Assembly (NCBI GenBank): GCA_950097015.1
Contig: CATNEN010000001.1
Span: 24,676,001 to 24,740,000, forward strand
Direction: 5' to 3'
Source: Macrostomum hystrix
Lineage: Eukaryota; Animalia; Platyhelminthes
Length of the DNA stretch: 64,000 bases
This document shows, piece after piece, positions 47,081 through 60,224 of the stretch (positions within the stretch are counted from its first letter, which is position 1; each line of letters starts with the position of its first letter). The translations under genes and the position numbers were made by a program. The notes below the pieces were generated by a model, which did no database searches, had not been told where the DNA came from, and worked only from the letters and a program-made list of their open reading frames with translations.

Positions 47081-48420
47081 CACTCCATTCTGTACACTCC
47101 ATTCTGTACACTCCATTCTGTACACTCCATTCTGTACACTCCATTCTGTACACTCCATTCTGTACACTCCATTCTGTACACTCCATTCTGTACACTCCAT
47201 TCTGTACACTCCATTCTGTACACTCCATTCTGTACACTCCATTCTGTACACTCCATTCTGTACACTCCATTCTGTACACTCCATTCTGTACACTCCATTC
47301 TGTACACTCCATTCTGTACACTCCATTCTGTACACTCCATTCTGTACACTCCATTCTGTACACTCCATTCTGTACACTCCATTCTGTACACTCCATTCTG
47401 TACACTCCATTCTGTACACTCCATTCTGTACACTCCATTCTGTACACTCCATTCTGTACACTCCATTCTGTACACTCCATTCTGTACACTCCATTCTGTA
47501 CACTCCATTCTGTACACTCCATTCTGTACACTCCATTCTGTACACTCCATTCTGTACACTCACTCCATTCTGTACACTCACTCCATTCTGTACACTCCAT
47601 TCTGTACACTCCATTCTGTACACTCCATTCTGTACACTCCATTCTGTACACTCCATTCTGTACACTCCATTCTGTACACTCCATTCTGTACACTCCATTC
47701 TGTACACTCACTCCATTCTGTACACTCACTCCATTCTGTACACTCACTCCATTCTGTACACTCACTCCATTCTGTACACTCACTCCATTCTTCTCTCCTC
47801 TCACTCCATTCTTCTCTCCTCTCACTCCATTCTTCTCTCTTCTCACTCCATTCTTCTCTCCTCTCACTCCATTCTTCTCTCCTCTCACTCCATTCTTCTC
47901 TCCTCTCACTCCATTCTTCTCTCCTCTCACTCCATTCTTCTCTCCTCTCACTCCATTCTTCTCTCCTCTCACTCCATTCTTCTCTCCTCTCACTCCATTC
48001 TTCTCTCCTCTCACTCCAGTCTTCTCTCCTCTCACTCCAGTCTTCTCTCCTCTCACTTCAGTCTTCTCTCCTCTCACTCCAGTCTTCTCTCCTCTCACTC
48101 CAGTCTTCTCTCCTCTCACTTCAGTCTTCTCTCCTCTCACTCCATTCTTCTCTCCTCTCACTCCAGTCTTCTCTCCTCTCACTCCATTCTTCTCTCCTCT
48201 CACTCCAGTCTTCTCTCCTCTCACTTCAGTCTTCTCTCCTCTCACTCCATTCTTCTCTCCTCTCACTCCAGTCTTCTCTCCTCTCACTTCAGTCTTCTCT
48301 CCTCTCACTCCAGTCTTCTCTCCTCTCACTCCAGTCTTCTCTCCTCTCACTTCAGTCTTCTCTCCTCTCACTTCAGTCTTCTCTCCTCTCTCCCCAGTTT
48401 TCTCTCCTCTCTCCTCAGCC
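47081..48420. repeat. Compound satellite: 15-mer (CACTCCATTCTGTAC-type) -> 19-mer -> 21-mer (CTCACTCCATTCTTCTCTCCT)
   Basis: Direct inspection. Confidence 0.95.
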
Positions 48421-48715
48421 TTCTCTCCTTGTTCCTGAAAGCGGATTTCAAGCGAATCCATTATATATTTCGTTGAAGAGCTATTAAAACTAAGATTCTC
48501 AAATCACGTGGGACGCCATTAACAAAAATAAACGTAAAGCTGATAGCTCAGAATGAATTATGGGAGGTTAATCAGCTAGGAAAAAATATTAAATTCCAAA
48601 CTCTTTCTGCAGATCACATTCGATGCGTCCATTAATCTCCACTCGGTTTTTGCTGCCTTCTCAATTATTCGTCTGCTAAATGCTACTTGAGCAGTGTGCA
48701 TTATCAATAAGGCTG

Positions 48716-49630
48716 ATCCTCCGCACTCACAATCCTCCGCCCCCAACAATTCTCCGCCCCTACGATCCTCCGCCCCCACAATCCTTTGCCGCCTCCACAA
48801 TCCTCCGCTCTCGCAATCCTCTGCCCCACAATCCTCCGCCCCTCAATCTTCCGCCCCCCAATCCTCCACCCTCACAATCATCCGCCCCCCAATCCTCTGC
48901 CCACAATCCTCCGGCCCTCAATCTTCCGCCCCCACAATCCTCCGCTCGGGCAATCATCCGCCCCACAATCCTCCGCTCGCGCAATCATCCCCCCTCCTCC
49001 GCCCCCAATCCTCCACCCTCACAATCATCCGCCCACCAATCCTTCACCCTCACAATCCTCCGCTCCACAATCCTCCGCCCTTACAATCCTCCGTTTCAAA
49101 TCCTCCACCCTCACAATCCTCCGCCCCAGAATCCTCCGCCCTTACAATCCTCCGTTTCAAATCCTCCACCCTCACAATCCTCCGCCCCAGAATCCTCCGC
49201 CCTTACAATCCTCCGTTCCAAATCCTCCACCCTCACAATCCTCCGCTCCACAATCCTCCGCCCTTACAATCCTCCGTTCCAAATCCTCCACCCTCACAAT
49301 CCTCCGCCCTCACAATCCTCCACCGTCACAATCCTCCGCCCTCACAATCCTCCGCCCTCACAATCCTCCACCGTCACAATCCTCCACCGTCACAATCATC
49401 CGCCCTCACAATCCTCCGCCCTTAAATCCTCCACCGTCACAATCATCCGCCCTCACAATCCTCCGCCCTTAAATCCTCCACCGTCACAATCCTCCGCCCT
49501 CACAATCCTCCGCCCTCACAATCCTCCGCCCCACAATCCTCCGCTCTGGCAATCATCCGCCCAACAATCCTCCGCCCCCACAATCCTCCGCCCCCACAAT
49601 CCTTCGCCGCCCCACACAATCCTCCACCCT
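48716..49630. repeat. C-rich ~16-bp minisatellite (CACAATCCTCCGCCCT variants)
   Basis: Direct inspection. Confidence 0.92.
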
Positions 49631-49697
49631 ACGGCTCTCCGTACCACAAATGTTTCGCTCATGCCTGCACATCCCATCCGGCAACAAAATCCCTCAG

Positions 49698-49974
49698 CCG
49701 CCAGCGGAGCCGGTTGTACCACAGCCTACTAGCACCGCAACAACTCCACAGCAACTGCCCAGCAGCAACGGACCTTCGTTCGCTACAGACGAAGGAGAAA
49801 GCAAAGCTAGAGACGGTAGCGGCTGTCAGGCAGCAGCAGCAGCAGCAGCAGCAGCACCAGCAAATTCACAAACTTCTTGTTCACCGGAAGAAGAAATTCT
49901 TTGGGTCGATCTCGAGAAGGGCAGTCACGGCCTTGGCATCACAATCGCTGGCTATGTTGGTGAGACCTCGGAGA
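49698..49974 (+). CDS. Patj: Multi-PDZ gene exon: linker + start of next PDZ
   Basis: CCCTCAG|CCG...GAGA|GTAAGT (phase 0/1). It ends EEILWVDLEKGSHGLGITIAGYVGETSE; GLGITIAGYV is the Patj/MPDZ PDZ3 signature. Confidence 0.88.
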
Positions 49975-50006
49975 GTAAGTCCTGTTTGAGCACACTTTCA
50001 GCTTAT

Positions 50007-50515
50007 GTCTCAGATGTACAGTGAGAACTGATCAACTCACATCTCTCAGATGTACATGAGAACTGATCAACTCACATCTCTCAGATGTACAGTGAGAACT
50101 GATCAACTCACATCTCTCAGATGTACATGAGAACTGATCAACTCACATCTCTCAGATGTACAGTGAGAACTGATCAACTCACATCTCTCAAATGTACAGT
50201 GAGAACTGATCAACTCACATCTCTCAAATGTACAGTGAGAACTGATCAACTCACATCTCTCAGATGTACCTGAGAACTGATCAACTCACATATCTCAGAT
50301 GTACCTGAGAACTGATCAACTCACATCTCTCAGATGTACCTGAGAGAACTCTCATGTGTCAAATCTACCTGAGAACTGATCAACTCTCATGTGTCAAATC
50401 TACCTGAGAACTGATCAACTCTCATGTGTCAAATCTACCTGAGAACTGATCAACTCTCATGTGTCAAATCTACCTGAGAACTGATCAACTGTCATGTGTC
50501 AAATCTACCTGAGAA
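50007..50515. repeat. ~35-bp minisatellite filling almost the whole intron (GAGAACTGATCAACTCACATCTCTCAGATGTAC variants)
   Basis: Direct inspection. Confidence 0.92.
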
Positions 50516-50532
50516 TCGCTGACAATCCGCAG

Positions 50533-50624
50533 GCAAGCTCAGCGGCATATTTGTGAAAAGTGTGGCTGAAGAAGGCGCAGCCGGACGTGACGGCCGGCTT
50601 CGAGTGAACGATCGCATTGTTGAG
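50533..50624 (+). CDS. Patj: Multi-PDZ gene exon: PDZ3 middle
   Basis: CCGCAG|GC...GAG|GTGAGC (phase 1/0); KLSGIFVKSVAEEGAAGRDGRLRVNDRIVE. Not in the ORF track. Confidence 0.9.
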
Positions 50625-51044
50625 GTGAGCCTCCAGCAGAAAAGGGCAATTTTGTGAAGCAACAATAAAGCACGCAGTGTTTCTCGTGACAGGGGCTGTC
50701 AAATGATGTTAATGCATCCGAGTTTAAGGCTAGCTAAAGCTACGAGTTGCAATCGCCATTGATTTGAGTCAGGCGTCGCTGAGAAGATCAAACGATCAAG
50801 GTAGCGCGGCCCGCTACAAATTGCTTTGATGTGCGTCAGTTGTTCCGCTTAGCAACAAGCTAAAACTGCTTTGATTCGACAAACTCAACAGATGGGCCAG
50901 GGAAGGCTATTTGTGTGTTGCAAAGGCTTTCTCAAATACATTAAACGCCTTTTATTTTCTGATTAATTTCTGGCTTACAGGGATAACACAAAATGAGACT
51001 TTTGTGACTACAAGTAAGGGAACAAATAAGCGAAAGATGAAGGA

Positions 51045-52790
51045 CGAGCCAGTGAGAGATGAAGGGTGAAACAGAGAGGGATGAAGGGTGAGACAGTGAG
51101 GGATGAATGGTGAGACAGTGTGAGATGAATGGTGAGACAGTGTGAGATGAATGGTGAGACAGTGTGAGATGAATGGTGAGACAGTGTGAGATGAAGCATG
51201 AGACAGTGAGGGATGAATGATGAGACAGTGTGAGATGAAGCATGAGACAGTGAGGGATGAATGATGAGACAGTGAGAGTTGAATGGTGAGACAGTGTGAG
51301 ATGAATGATGAGACATTGAGAGATGAATGATGAGACAGTGAGAGATGAATGGTGAGACAGTGAGTGATGAATGGTGAGACAGTGAGAGATGAATGGTGAG
51401 ACAGTGAGAGATGAATAGTGAGACAGTGAGTGATGAATGGTGAGACAGTGAGAGATGAATGGTGAGACAGTGAGTGATGAATGGTGAGACAGTGAGAGAT
51501 GAATGGTGAGACAGTGAGAGATTAAGGTTGGGACAGTGAGGGATGAAGGATGAGCCAGTGAGTGATGAATGGTGAGACAGTGAGTGATGAATGGTGAGAC
51601 AGTGAGAGATGAATGGTGAGACAGTGAGAGATGAATGGTGAGACAGTGAGTGATGAATGGTGAGACAGTGAGAGATGAATGGTGAGACAGTGAGAGATTA
51701 AGGTTGGGACAGTGAGGGATGAAGGATGAGCCAGTGAGTGATGAATGGTGAGACAGTGAGTGATGAATGGTGAGACAGTGAGAGATGAATGGTGAGACAG
51801 TGAGGGATGAATGGTGAGACAGTGAGAGATGAATGGTGAGACAGTGAGAGATTAAGGTTGGGACAGTGAGGGATGAAGGATGAGCCAGTGAGAGATGAAT
51901 GGTGAGACAGTGAGAGATGAATGGTGAGACAGTGAGTGATGAATGGTGAGACGGTGAGAGATGAATGGTGAGACAGTGAGAGATTAAGGTTGGGACAGTG
52001 AGGGATGAAGGATGAGCCAGTGAGAGATGAAGGATGAGACAGTGAGAGATGAAGGATGAGACAGTGAGAGATGAAGGATGAGACAGTGAGAGATGAAGAA
52101 TGAGACAGTGAGGGATGAAGGATGAGACAGTGAGAGATGAAGGATGAGACAGTGATGGATGAAGGATGAGACAGTGAGAGATGAAGGATGAGACAGTGAG
52201 AGATGAAGGGTGGGGCACTGACAGATGAAGGATTGGACAGTGTGAGATGAAGGATGAGACAGTGAGGGATGAAGGATGAGACAGTGAGGGATGAAGGATG
52301 AGACAGTGAGGGATGAAGGATGAGACAGTGAGGGATGAAGGTTGGGACAGTGTGAGATGAAGGATGAGACAGTGAGAGATGAAGGTTGGGACAGTGTGAG
52401 ATGAAGGATGAGACAGTGAGAGATGAAGGGTGAGACAGTGAGAGATGAAGGGTGAGACAGTGAGAGATGAAGGGTGAGACAGTGAGAGATGAAGGGTGAG
52501 ACAGTGAGAGATTAAGGTTGGGACAGTGTGAGATGAAGGATGAGACAGTGTGAGATGAATGGTGAGACAGTGAGAGATGAATGGTGAGACAGTGAGGGAT
52601 GAATGATGAGACAGTGAGAAATTAAGGATGAGACAGTGAGAGATGAATGGTGAGACAGTGAGAGATGAATGGTGAGACAGTGAGGGATGAATGATGAGAC
52701 AGTGAGAAATTAAGGGTGAGGCAGTGAGAGATGAAGGGTGAGACAGTGAAAGATAAATTATGATACAGTGAGAGGAAGGGTGAGACATTA
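51045..52790. repeat. 22-bp satellite (GATGAATGGTGAGACAGTGAGA)
   Basis: Direct inspection; the 22-aa periodicity of the antisense ORF equals three units. Confidence 0.95.
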
Positions 52791-53354
52791 AGTGAGTAAG
52801 GGAGATGCAGAATTGAACGGTGATTTGAGTCTGAGAAGCATCAGAGGAGACAGCAGAGCCGAGTCTATTAGAGAAGCCAAAAATACGCCAAGACGAAGCA
52901 GCAAATGGAAAAAAATCGAAGCCAACAAAGTAGCATCGCGTCGCGTCAGTCTCCATGGCAACGCAACACAGCGAAAAAAAGTGAATGAAGCAGAAATTTC
53001 GAAAGCAGTGTCTAATGATGCAGCGACGTCTGGCAGATCGGTTGAAAAAAGAAGTGAATGAGAAGCTGCAATTCTCAAGAGATTGTGGGGCTGAGATTGT
53101 GGGGCTGAGATTGTGCGGCTGATCAGAGCTGACTCATTAGTGCCGAGATGTCACACTCTGCAAGACAGTTCTGGAACTGCAGGTCATGAATTAATACAAA
53201 TCAGTTCTGTCAGAATCTAATCAGTTAATCTAATTAAATCGAGTAGGCAACCAGCTTTAAGTGCCTGCTTGCACTCAAGTGGCTAAAATAAAAAAAAAGG
53301 ACTTTTTTGAAAGTTTTTTCCTACATCACCTCTCAACTTTTGTTCTGGCTTTCT

Positions 53355-54625
53355 TTTCTGTCTCCCTCTCAATCTTCCTCCCAGTCTCCTCTCAGTCTCC
53401 CTCCCAGCCTCCCTCTCAGTCTCCCTCCCAGTCTCCCTCCCAGTCTCCCTCCCAGCCTCCCTCTCAGTCTCCCTCCCAGCCTCCCTCTCAGTCTCCCTCC
53501 CAGCCTCCCTCTCAGTCTCCCTCTCAGTCTTCTCTCAGTCTCCCTCCCAGCCTCCCTCCCAGCCTCCCTCTCAGTCTCCCTCCCAGCCTCCCTCTCAGTC
53601 TCCCTCCCAGCCTCCCTCTCAGTCTCCCTCTCAGTCTTCTCTCAGTCTCCCTCCCAGCCTCCCTCTCAGTCTCCCTCCCAGTCTCCTCTCAGTCTCCCTC
53701 CCAGTCTCCTCTCAGTCTCCCTCCCAGCCTCCCTCTCAGTCTCCCTCTCAGTCTCCTCTCAGTCTCCCTCCCAGCCTCCCTCTCAGTCTCCCTCCCAGCC
53801 TCCCTCTCAGTCTCCCTCCCAGTCTCCTCTCAGTCTCCCTCCCAGCCTCCCTCTCAGTCTCCCTCTCAGTCTCCTCTCAGTCTCCCTCCCAGTCTCCCTC
53901 CCAGTCTCCCTCTCAGTCTCCCTCCCAGTCTCCCTCTCAGTCTCCCTCACAGTCTCCCTCCCAGTCTCCCTCCCAGTCTCCCTCACAGTCTCCCTCACAG
54001 TCTCCCTCACAGTCTCCCTCTCAGTCTCCCTCACAGTCTCCCTCCCAGTCTCCCTCCCAGTCTCCCTCACAGTCTCCCTCCCAGTCTCCCTCCCAGTCTC
54101 CCTCACAGTCTCCCTCCCAGTCTCCCTCACAGTCTCCCTCACAGTCTCCCTCCCAGTCTCCCTCCCAGTCTCCCTCACAGTCTCCCTCCCAGTCTCCCTC
54201 ACAGTCTCCCTCACAGTCTCCCTCCCAGTCTCCCTCACAGTCTCCCTCACAGTCTCCCTCCCAGTCTCCCTCCCAGTCTCCCTCACAGTCTCCCTCCCAG
54301 TCTCCCTCCCAGTCACCCTCTCAGCCTCCCTCCCAATCTAATTAGCCTACCTTTCAGTCTCCCTCCCAGTCTCCCTTTCAGTCTCCCTCTCAGTCTCCCT
54401 CTCAGTCTCTCTCTCAGCATCCCTCCCAGTATACCCCCAGTCTCCCTCTCAGCCTCCCTCCCAATCTACTTAGCCTACCTTTCATTCTCCTTCTCAGTCT
54501 CCCTCTCAGTCTCCCCTCAGTCTCCCAGTCTCCCTTTCAGTCTCCCTCTCAGTCTCTCTCTCATCATCCCTCCCAGTATACCCCTCAGTCTGCCTCTCAG
54601 CGTACATCTCACGTCCCTCTCAGTC
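53355..54625. repeat. 12-bp satellite (CAGTCTCCCTCT variants)
   Basis: Direct inspection. Confidence 0.95.
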
Positions 54626-55638
54626 CAAAGTTTTAATCCGCTTCTCCGCCCGTCATAGTTACAAATAGTTTTCTCAATTACAAGCAGCAATGCTAAAAGC
54701 GAAAGCCGAAAATGTTCGAATCAGTGCAATGTCCACTGGCCTGGGATAATTGCTCAGCCACTCCAGCCACCGCAACAGAAGTTCTCCAACATGCCGCACT
54801 TTGACGATGAAAGCTAATTTTTGCTTGCCTGTCTCTCCTTCTGTCTCATTCTGTCTATCTGCGACAGGTAAAAAATAAGTTAACATTAGCAAGTGCTATA
54901 GGGATAAACTTAAGCTCTTTCTTCCCTTAAAAGTATTTCCCAGATCTTCAGAAGAGCCGCTTGTTGCAGCATTTTAGTTTGTGGCGGAACTTCTTTAAAC
55001 TTCTTCTTTGGGGTTGTTGAAAAGTTGAAGTGCAGCAAAAATGCAATCTTAGCAAAAACAGAGGCAAGATTCTGCTGCTGCTGCTGCTGCTGCTGCGTAC
55101 CTCCACTTCGAGTGGGTCGCTAAGGCCAAAGAAACACACAGATAGAGGATGAAGACAGAAACAAATACACTTTGATTGGAAGGAAATTTTCCCCTGCCAA
55201 TGCAAGATCCAAGATGGGGAAGACGGTCAACTTTCCTTTCGGATCGTCTGCCAGTGCGAGACATTGTACAGAGCCACAACGATAAGGGAGTGGGGTGGGG
55301 CGATTGCGATGCTGTTGTGTGCACACTCACTCACACACAGACATACGCAGTTTCGGCCTGTCTGTCTGATCCTCTGACCAGCAGGCTCTCTCCCCGTGGC
55401 CCACTGGAAGCCAGTAGCGCCGAAACCTTGGCCTATCCCAGCCAATGAGAGACGAGATAAGAGAGAAGGAGAGAACAGTGTTTAGAGAGACAGTTAGTAG
55501 GCTGCATCGTTTTCTAGATTTTCTCGCCAATCTGACTGTACCGCCAGTGACTTGGTCGGAGTCAAAAGATTTCTTTATTTTAGGCGAGCCTTCAAAACTC
55601 TTTAGCCCCCCCCCCAACAAAAATAATAATTACCGCAG

Positions 55639-55774
55639 GTGGACAATCAGAGCCTCGACGGTCGCTCCAATCACGAGGCGGTGGAACTATTGAAACGGAC
55701 CGGCAGTTTGGTGCGATTCAAGATACTGCGGTATCGCAGCGGACCTGTTTATGATCAGCTGCAGGCTGGGACAG
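55639..55774 (+). CDS. Patj: Multi-PDZ gene exon: PDZ3 end
   Basis: TACCGCAG|GTG...ACAG|GTGAGT (phase 0/1); VDNQSLDGRSNHEAVELLKRTGSLVRFKILRYRSGPVYDQLQAGT. Confidence 0.9.
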
Positions 55775-55789
55775 GTGAGTGGGACAGGT

Positions 55790-58700
55790 GAGGGGAGAGG
55801 CTACTGTGGTAGGGGAGAGGCTACTGTGGTAGGGGAGAGGCTACTGAGGTAGGGGAGAGGCTACTGAGGTAAGGGAGAGGCTACTGAGGTAAGGGAGAGG
55901 CTACTGAGGTAAGGGAGAGGCTACTGAGGTAGGGGAGAGGCTACTGAGGTAGGGGAGAGGCTACTGTGGTAGGGGAGAGGCTACTGAGGTAGGGGAGAGG
56001 CTACAGTGGTAGGGGAGAGGCTACTGAGGTAGGGGAGAGGCTACTGTGGTAGGGGAGAGAGGCTACTGAGGTAGGGGAGAGGCTACTGAGGTAGGGGAGA
56101 GAGGCTACTGAGATAAGGGAGAGGCTACTGTGGTAGGGGAGAGACTACTGAGGTAGGGGAGAGAGGCTACTGAGGTAAGGGAGAGGCTACTAAGGTAAGG
56201 GAGAGGCTACTGAGGTAGGGGAGAGGCTACTGAGGTAGGGGAGAGGCTACTGAAGTAGGGGAGAGGCTACTGAGGTAGGGGAGAGGCTACTGAGGTAGGG
56301 GAGAGAGGCTACTGAGGTAGGGGAGAGGCTACTGAGGTAGGGGAGAGGCTACTGAGGTAGGGGAGAGGCTACTGAGGTAGGGGAGAGGCTACTGAGGTAG
56401 GGGAGAGGCTACTGAGGTAGGGGAGAGGCTACTGAGGTAGGGGAGAGGCTACTGAGGTAGGGGAGAGGCTACTGAGGTAGGGGAGAGGCTACTGAGGTCA
56501 GGGAGAGGCTACTGAGGTAGGGGAGAGGCTACTGAGGTAGGGGAGAGGCTACTGAGGTAGGGGAGAGGCTACTGAGGTAGGGGAGAGGCTACTGAGGTAG
56601 GGGAGAGGCTACTGAGGTAGGGGAGAGGCTACTGAGGTAGGGGAGAGGCTACTGAGGTAGTGGAGAGGCTACTGAGGTAGGGGAGAGAGGCTACTGAGGT
56701 AGGGGAGAGAGGCTACTGAGGTAGTGGAGAGGCTACTGAGGTAGGGGAGAGAGGCTACTGAGGTAGGGGAGAGGCTACTGAGGTAGGGGAGAGGCTACTG
56801 AGGTAGGGGAGAGGCTACTGAGGTAGGGGAGAGGCTACTGAGGTAGGGGAGAGGCTACTGAGGTAGGGGAGAGGCTACTGAGGTAGGGGAGAGGCTACTG
56901 TGGTAGGGGAGAGGCTACTGAGGTAGGGGAGAGGCTACTGTGGTAGGGGAGAGGCTACTGAGGTAGGGGAGAGGCTACTGTGGTAGGGGAGAGAGGCTAC
57001 TGAGGTAGGGGAGAGGCTACTGAGGTAGGGGAGAGAGGCTACTGAGATAAGGGAGAGGCTACTGTGGTAGGGGAGAGACTACTGAGGTAGGGGAGAGAGG
57101 CTACTGAGGTAAGGGAGAGGCTACTAAGGTAAGGGAGAGGCTACTGAGGTAGGGGAGAGGCTACTGAGGTAGGGGAAAGGCTACTGAAGTAGGGGAGAGG
57201 CTACTGAGGTAGGGGAGAGGCTACTGAGGTAGGGGAGAGAGGCTACTGAGGTAGGGGAGAGGCTACTGAGGTAGGGGAGAGGCTACTGAGGTAGGGGAGA
57301 GGCTACTGAGGTAGGGGAGAGGCTACTGAGGTCAGGGAGAGGCTACTGAGGTAGGGGAGAGGCTACTGAGGTAGGGGAGAGGCTACTGAGGTAGGGGAGA
57401 GGCTACTGAGGTAGGGGAGAGGCTACTGAGGTAGGGGAGAGGCTACTGAGGTAGGGGAGAGGCTACTGAGGTAGGGGAGAGGCTACTGAGGTAGTGGAGA
57501 GGCTACTGAGGTAGGGGAGAGAGGCTACTGAGGTAGGGGAGAGAGGCTACTGAGGTAGTGGAGAGGCTACTGAGGTAGGGGAGAGAGGCTACTGAGGTAG
57601 GGGAGAGGCTACTGAGGTAGGGGAGAGGCTACTGAGGTAGGGGAGAGGCTACTGAGGTAGGGGAGAGGCTACTGAGGTAGGGGAGAGGCTACTGAGGTAG
57701 GGGAGAGGCTACTGAGGTAGGGGAGAGGCTACTGAGGTAGGGGAGAGGCTACTGAGGTAGGGGAGAGGCTACTGAGGTCGGGGAGAGGCTACTGAGGTAG
57801 TGGAGAGGCTACTGAGGTAGGGGAGAGAGGCTACTGAGGTAGGGGAGAGAGGCTACTGAGGTAGTGAAGAGGCTACTGAGGTAGGGGAGAGAGGCTACTG
57901 AGGTAGGGGAGAGAGGCTACTGAGGTAGGGGAGAGGCTACTGAGGTAGGGGAGAGGCTACTGAGGTCGGGGAGAGGCTACTGAGGTAGGGGAGAGGCTAC
58001 TGAGGTAGGGGAGAGGCTACTGAGGTAGGGGAGAGGCTACTGAGGTCGGGAGAGGCTACTGAGGTAGGGGAGAGGCTACTGAGGTAAGGGAGAGGCTACT
58101 GAGGTAAGGGAGAGGCTACTGTGGTAGGGGAGAGGCTACTGAGGTAGGGGAGAGGCTACTGTGGTAGGGGAGAGGCTACTGAGGTAGGGGAGAGGCTACT
58201 GTGGTAGGGGAGAGAGGCTACTGAGATAAGGGAGAGGCTACTGTGGTAGGGGAGAGACTACTGAGGTAGGGGAGAGAGGCTACTGAGGTAAGGGAGATGC
58301 TACTAAGGTAAGGGAGAGGCTACTGAGGTAGGGGAGAGGCTACTGAGGTAGGGGAGAGGCTACTGAAGTAGGGGAGAGGCTACTGAGGTAGGGGAGAGGC
58401 TACTGAGGTAGGGGAGAGAGGCTACTGAGGTAGGGGAGAGGCTACTGAGGTAGGGGAGAGGCTACTGAGGTAGGGGAGAGGCTACTGAGGTAGGGGAGAG
58501 GCTACTGAGGTCAGGGAGAGGCTACTGAGGTAGGGGAGAGGCTACTGAGGTAGGGGAGAGGCTACTGAGGTAGGGGAGAGGCTACTGAGGTAGGGGAGAG
58601 GCTACTGAGGTAGGGGAGAGGCTACTGAGGTAGGGGAGAGGCTACTGAGGTAGGGGAGAGGCTACTGAGGTAGTGGAGAGGCTACTGAGGTAGGGGAGAG

Positions 58701-59637
58701 AGGCTACTGAGGTAGGGGAGAGAGGCTACTGAGGTAGTGGAGAGGCTACTGAGGTAGGGGAGAGAGGCTACTGAGGTAGGGGAGAGGCTACTGAGGTAGG
58801 GGAGAGGCTACTGAGGTAGGGGAGAGGCTACTGAGGTAGGGGAGAGGCTACTGAGGTAGGGGAGAGGCTACTGAGGTAGGGGAGAGGCTACTGAGGTAGG
58901 GGAGAGGCTACTGAGGTAGGGGAGAGGCTACTGAGGTAGGGGAGAGGCTACTGAGGTCGGGGAGAGGCTACTGAGGTAGTGGAGAGGCTACTGAGGTAGG
59001 GGAGAGAGGCTACTGAGGTAGGGGAGAGAGGCTACTGAGGTAGTGAAGAGGCTACTGAGGTAGGGGAGAGAGGCTACTGAGGTAGGGGAGAGAGGCTACT
59101 GAGGTAGGGGAGAGGCTACTGAGGTAGGGGAGAGGCTACTGAGGTCGGGGAGAGGCTACTGAGGTAGGGGAGAGGCTACTGAGGTAGGGGAGAGGCTACT
59201 GAGGTAGGGGAGAGGCTACTGAGGTAGGGGAGAGAGGCTACTGAGGTAGGGGAGAGAGGCTACTGAGGTAGTGGAGAGGCTACTGAGGTAGGGGAGAGAG
59301 GCTACTGAGGTAGGGGAGAGAGGCTACTGAGGTAGGGGAGAGGCTACTGAGGTAGGGGAGAGGCTACTGAGGTCGGGGAGAGGCTACTGAGGTAGGGGAG
59401 AGGCTACTGAGGTAGGGGAGAGGCTACTGAGGTCGGGGAGAGGCTACTGAGGTAGGGGAGAGGCTACTGAGGTCGGGGAGAGGCTACTGAGGTAGGGGAG
59501 AGGCTACTGAGGTCGGGGAGAGGCTACTGAGGTAGGGGAGAGGCTACTGAGGTAGGGGAGAGGCTACTGAGGTAGGGGAGAGGCTACTGAGGTAGGGGAG
59601 AGAGGCTACTGAGGTAGGGGAGAGAGGCTACTGAGGT
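55790..59637. repeat. 20-bp G-rich satellite (GAGGTAGGGGAGAGGCTACT), 3.8 kb, with ~1-kb higher-order blocks
   Basis: Direct inspection; the marker GAGATAAGGG...GAGAGACTACT occurs at ~56110, ~57045 and ~58224. Confidence 0.97.
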
Positions 59638-60224
59638 TACGGATTCTTTTGCTCAAATTTTTTAAGGAGTTACCAGAAATAAACATGAGAATACTATTTT
59701 AACAAAAAAATATCAGTGGGCGCAGTCAGTGGTTGACATGGATTCCTATTGCTAATATCCTTTGCATACAGATACAATCATTCCGCAGTATGTGAGTCAT
59801 AGAGTGAGTTGTGGTCCTGCAATCGCCTGCTAATTAATTAATTAGGAACTGGGGCGAATTCTTAATTACCAAAACTGACTTCATGCAACTGACGCCTGCT
59901 TAGGGAGAATGTGGGATCTGGGACAGATCTGCCATGTACTTTTGTGTCCCCCCGCACAAATATTAATATAATTCTTTTGGGATTTCTGACCGAGACACGT
60001 GAGCTGATAGCCTGCCAGGGGATTAAGGCCGCAGTTGAGTTGGGAGTAAAGAAGAACACGAACAGCTTCCTTAGCTGCGAGGGGAAATATTTCCCTATTT
60101 AGTTAATAAGATACACATGCGGCATATGCGTCTGTCTTGAAAACACAGCTTATTAAATTATGCATTTCTATGCGCTGGCTGTAGAAATTTTATGCTAAAA
60201 ATACTGTCATTACGGACTTTTTAG

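Noticed and set aside
46850-54658. Long repetitive ORFs (up to 671 aa), also those at 15.9, 25.7, 31.3, 35.2, 61.4 and 63.2 kb
   Set aside because: They are stop-free by-products of satellite units, open in several frames and strands, and many lie within introns of the PDZ gene.
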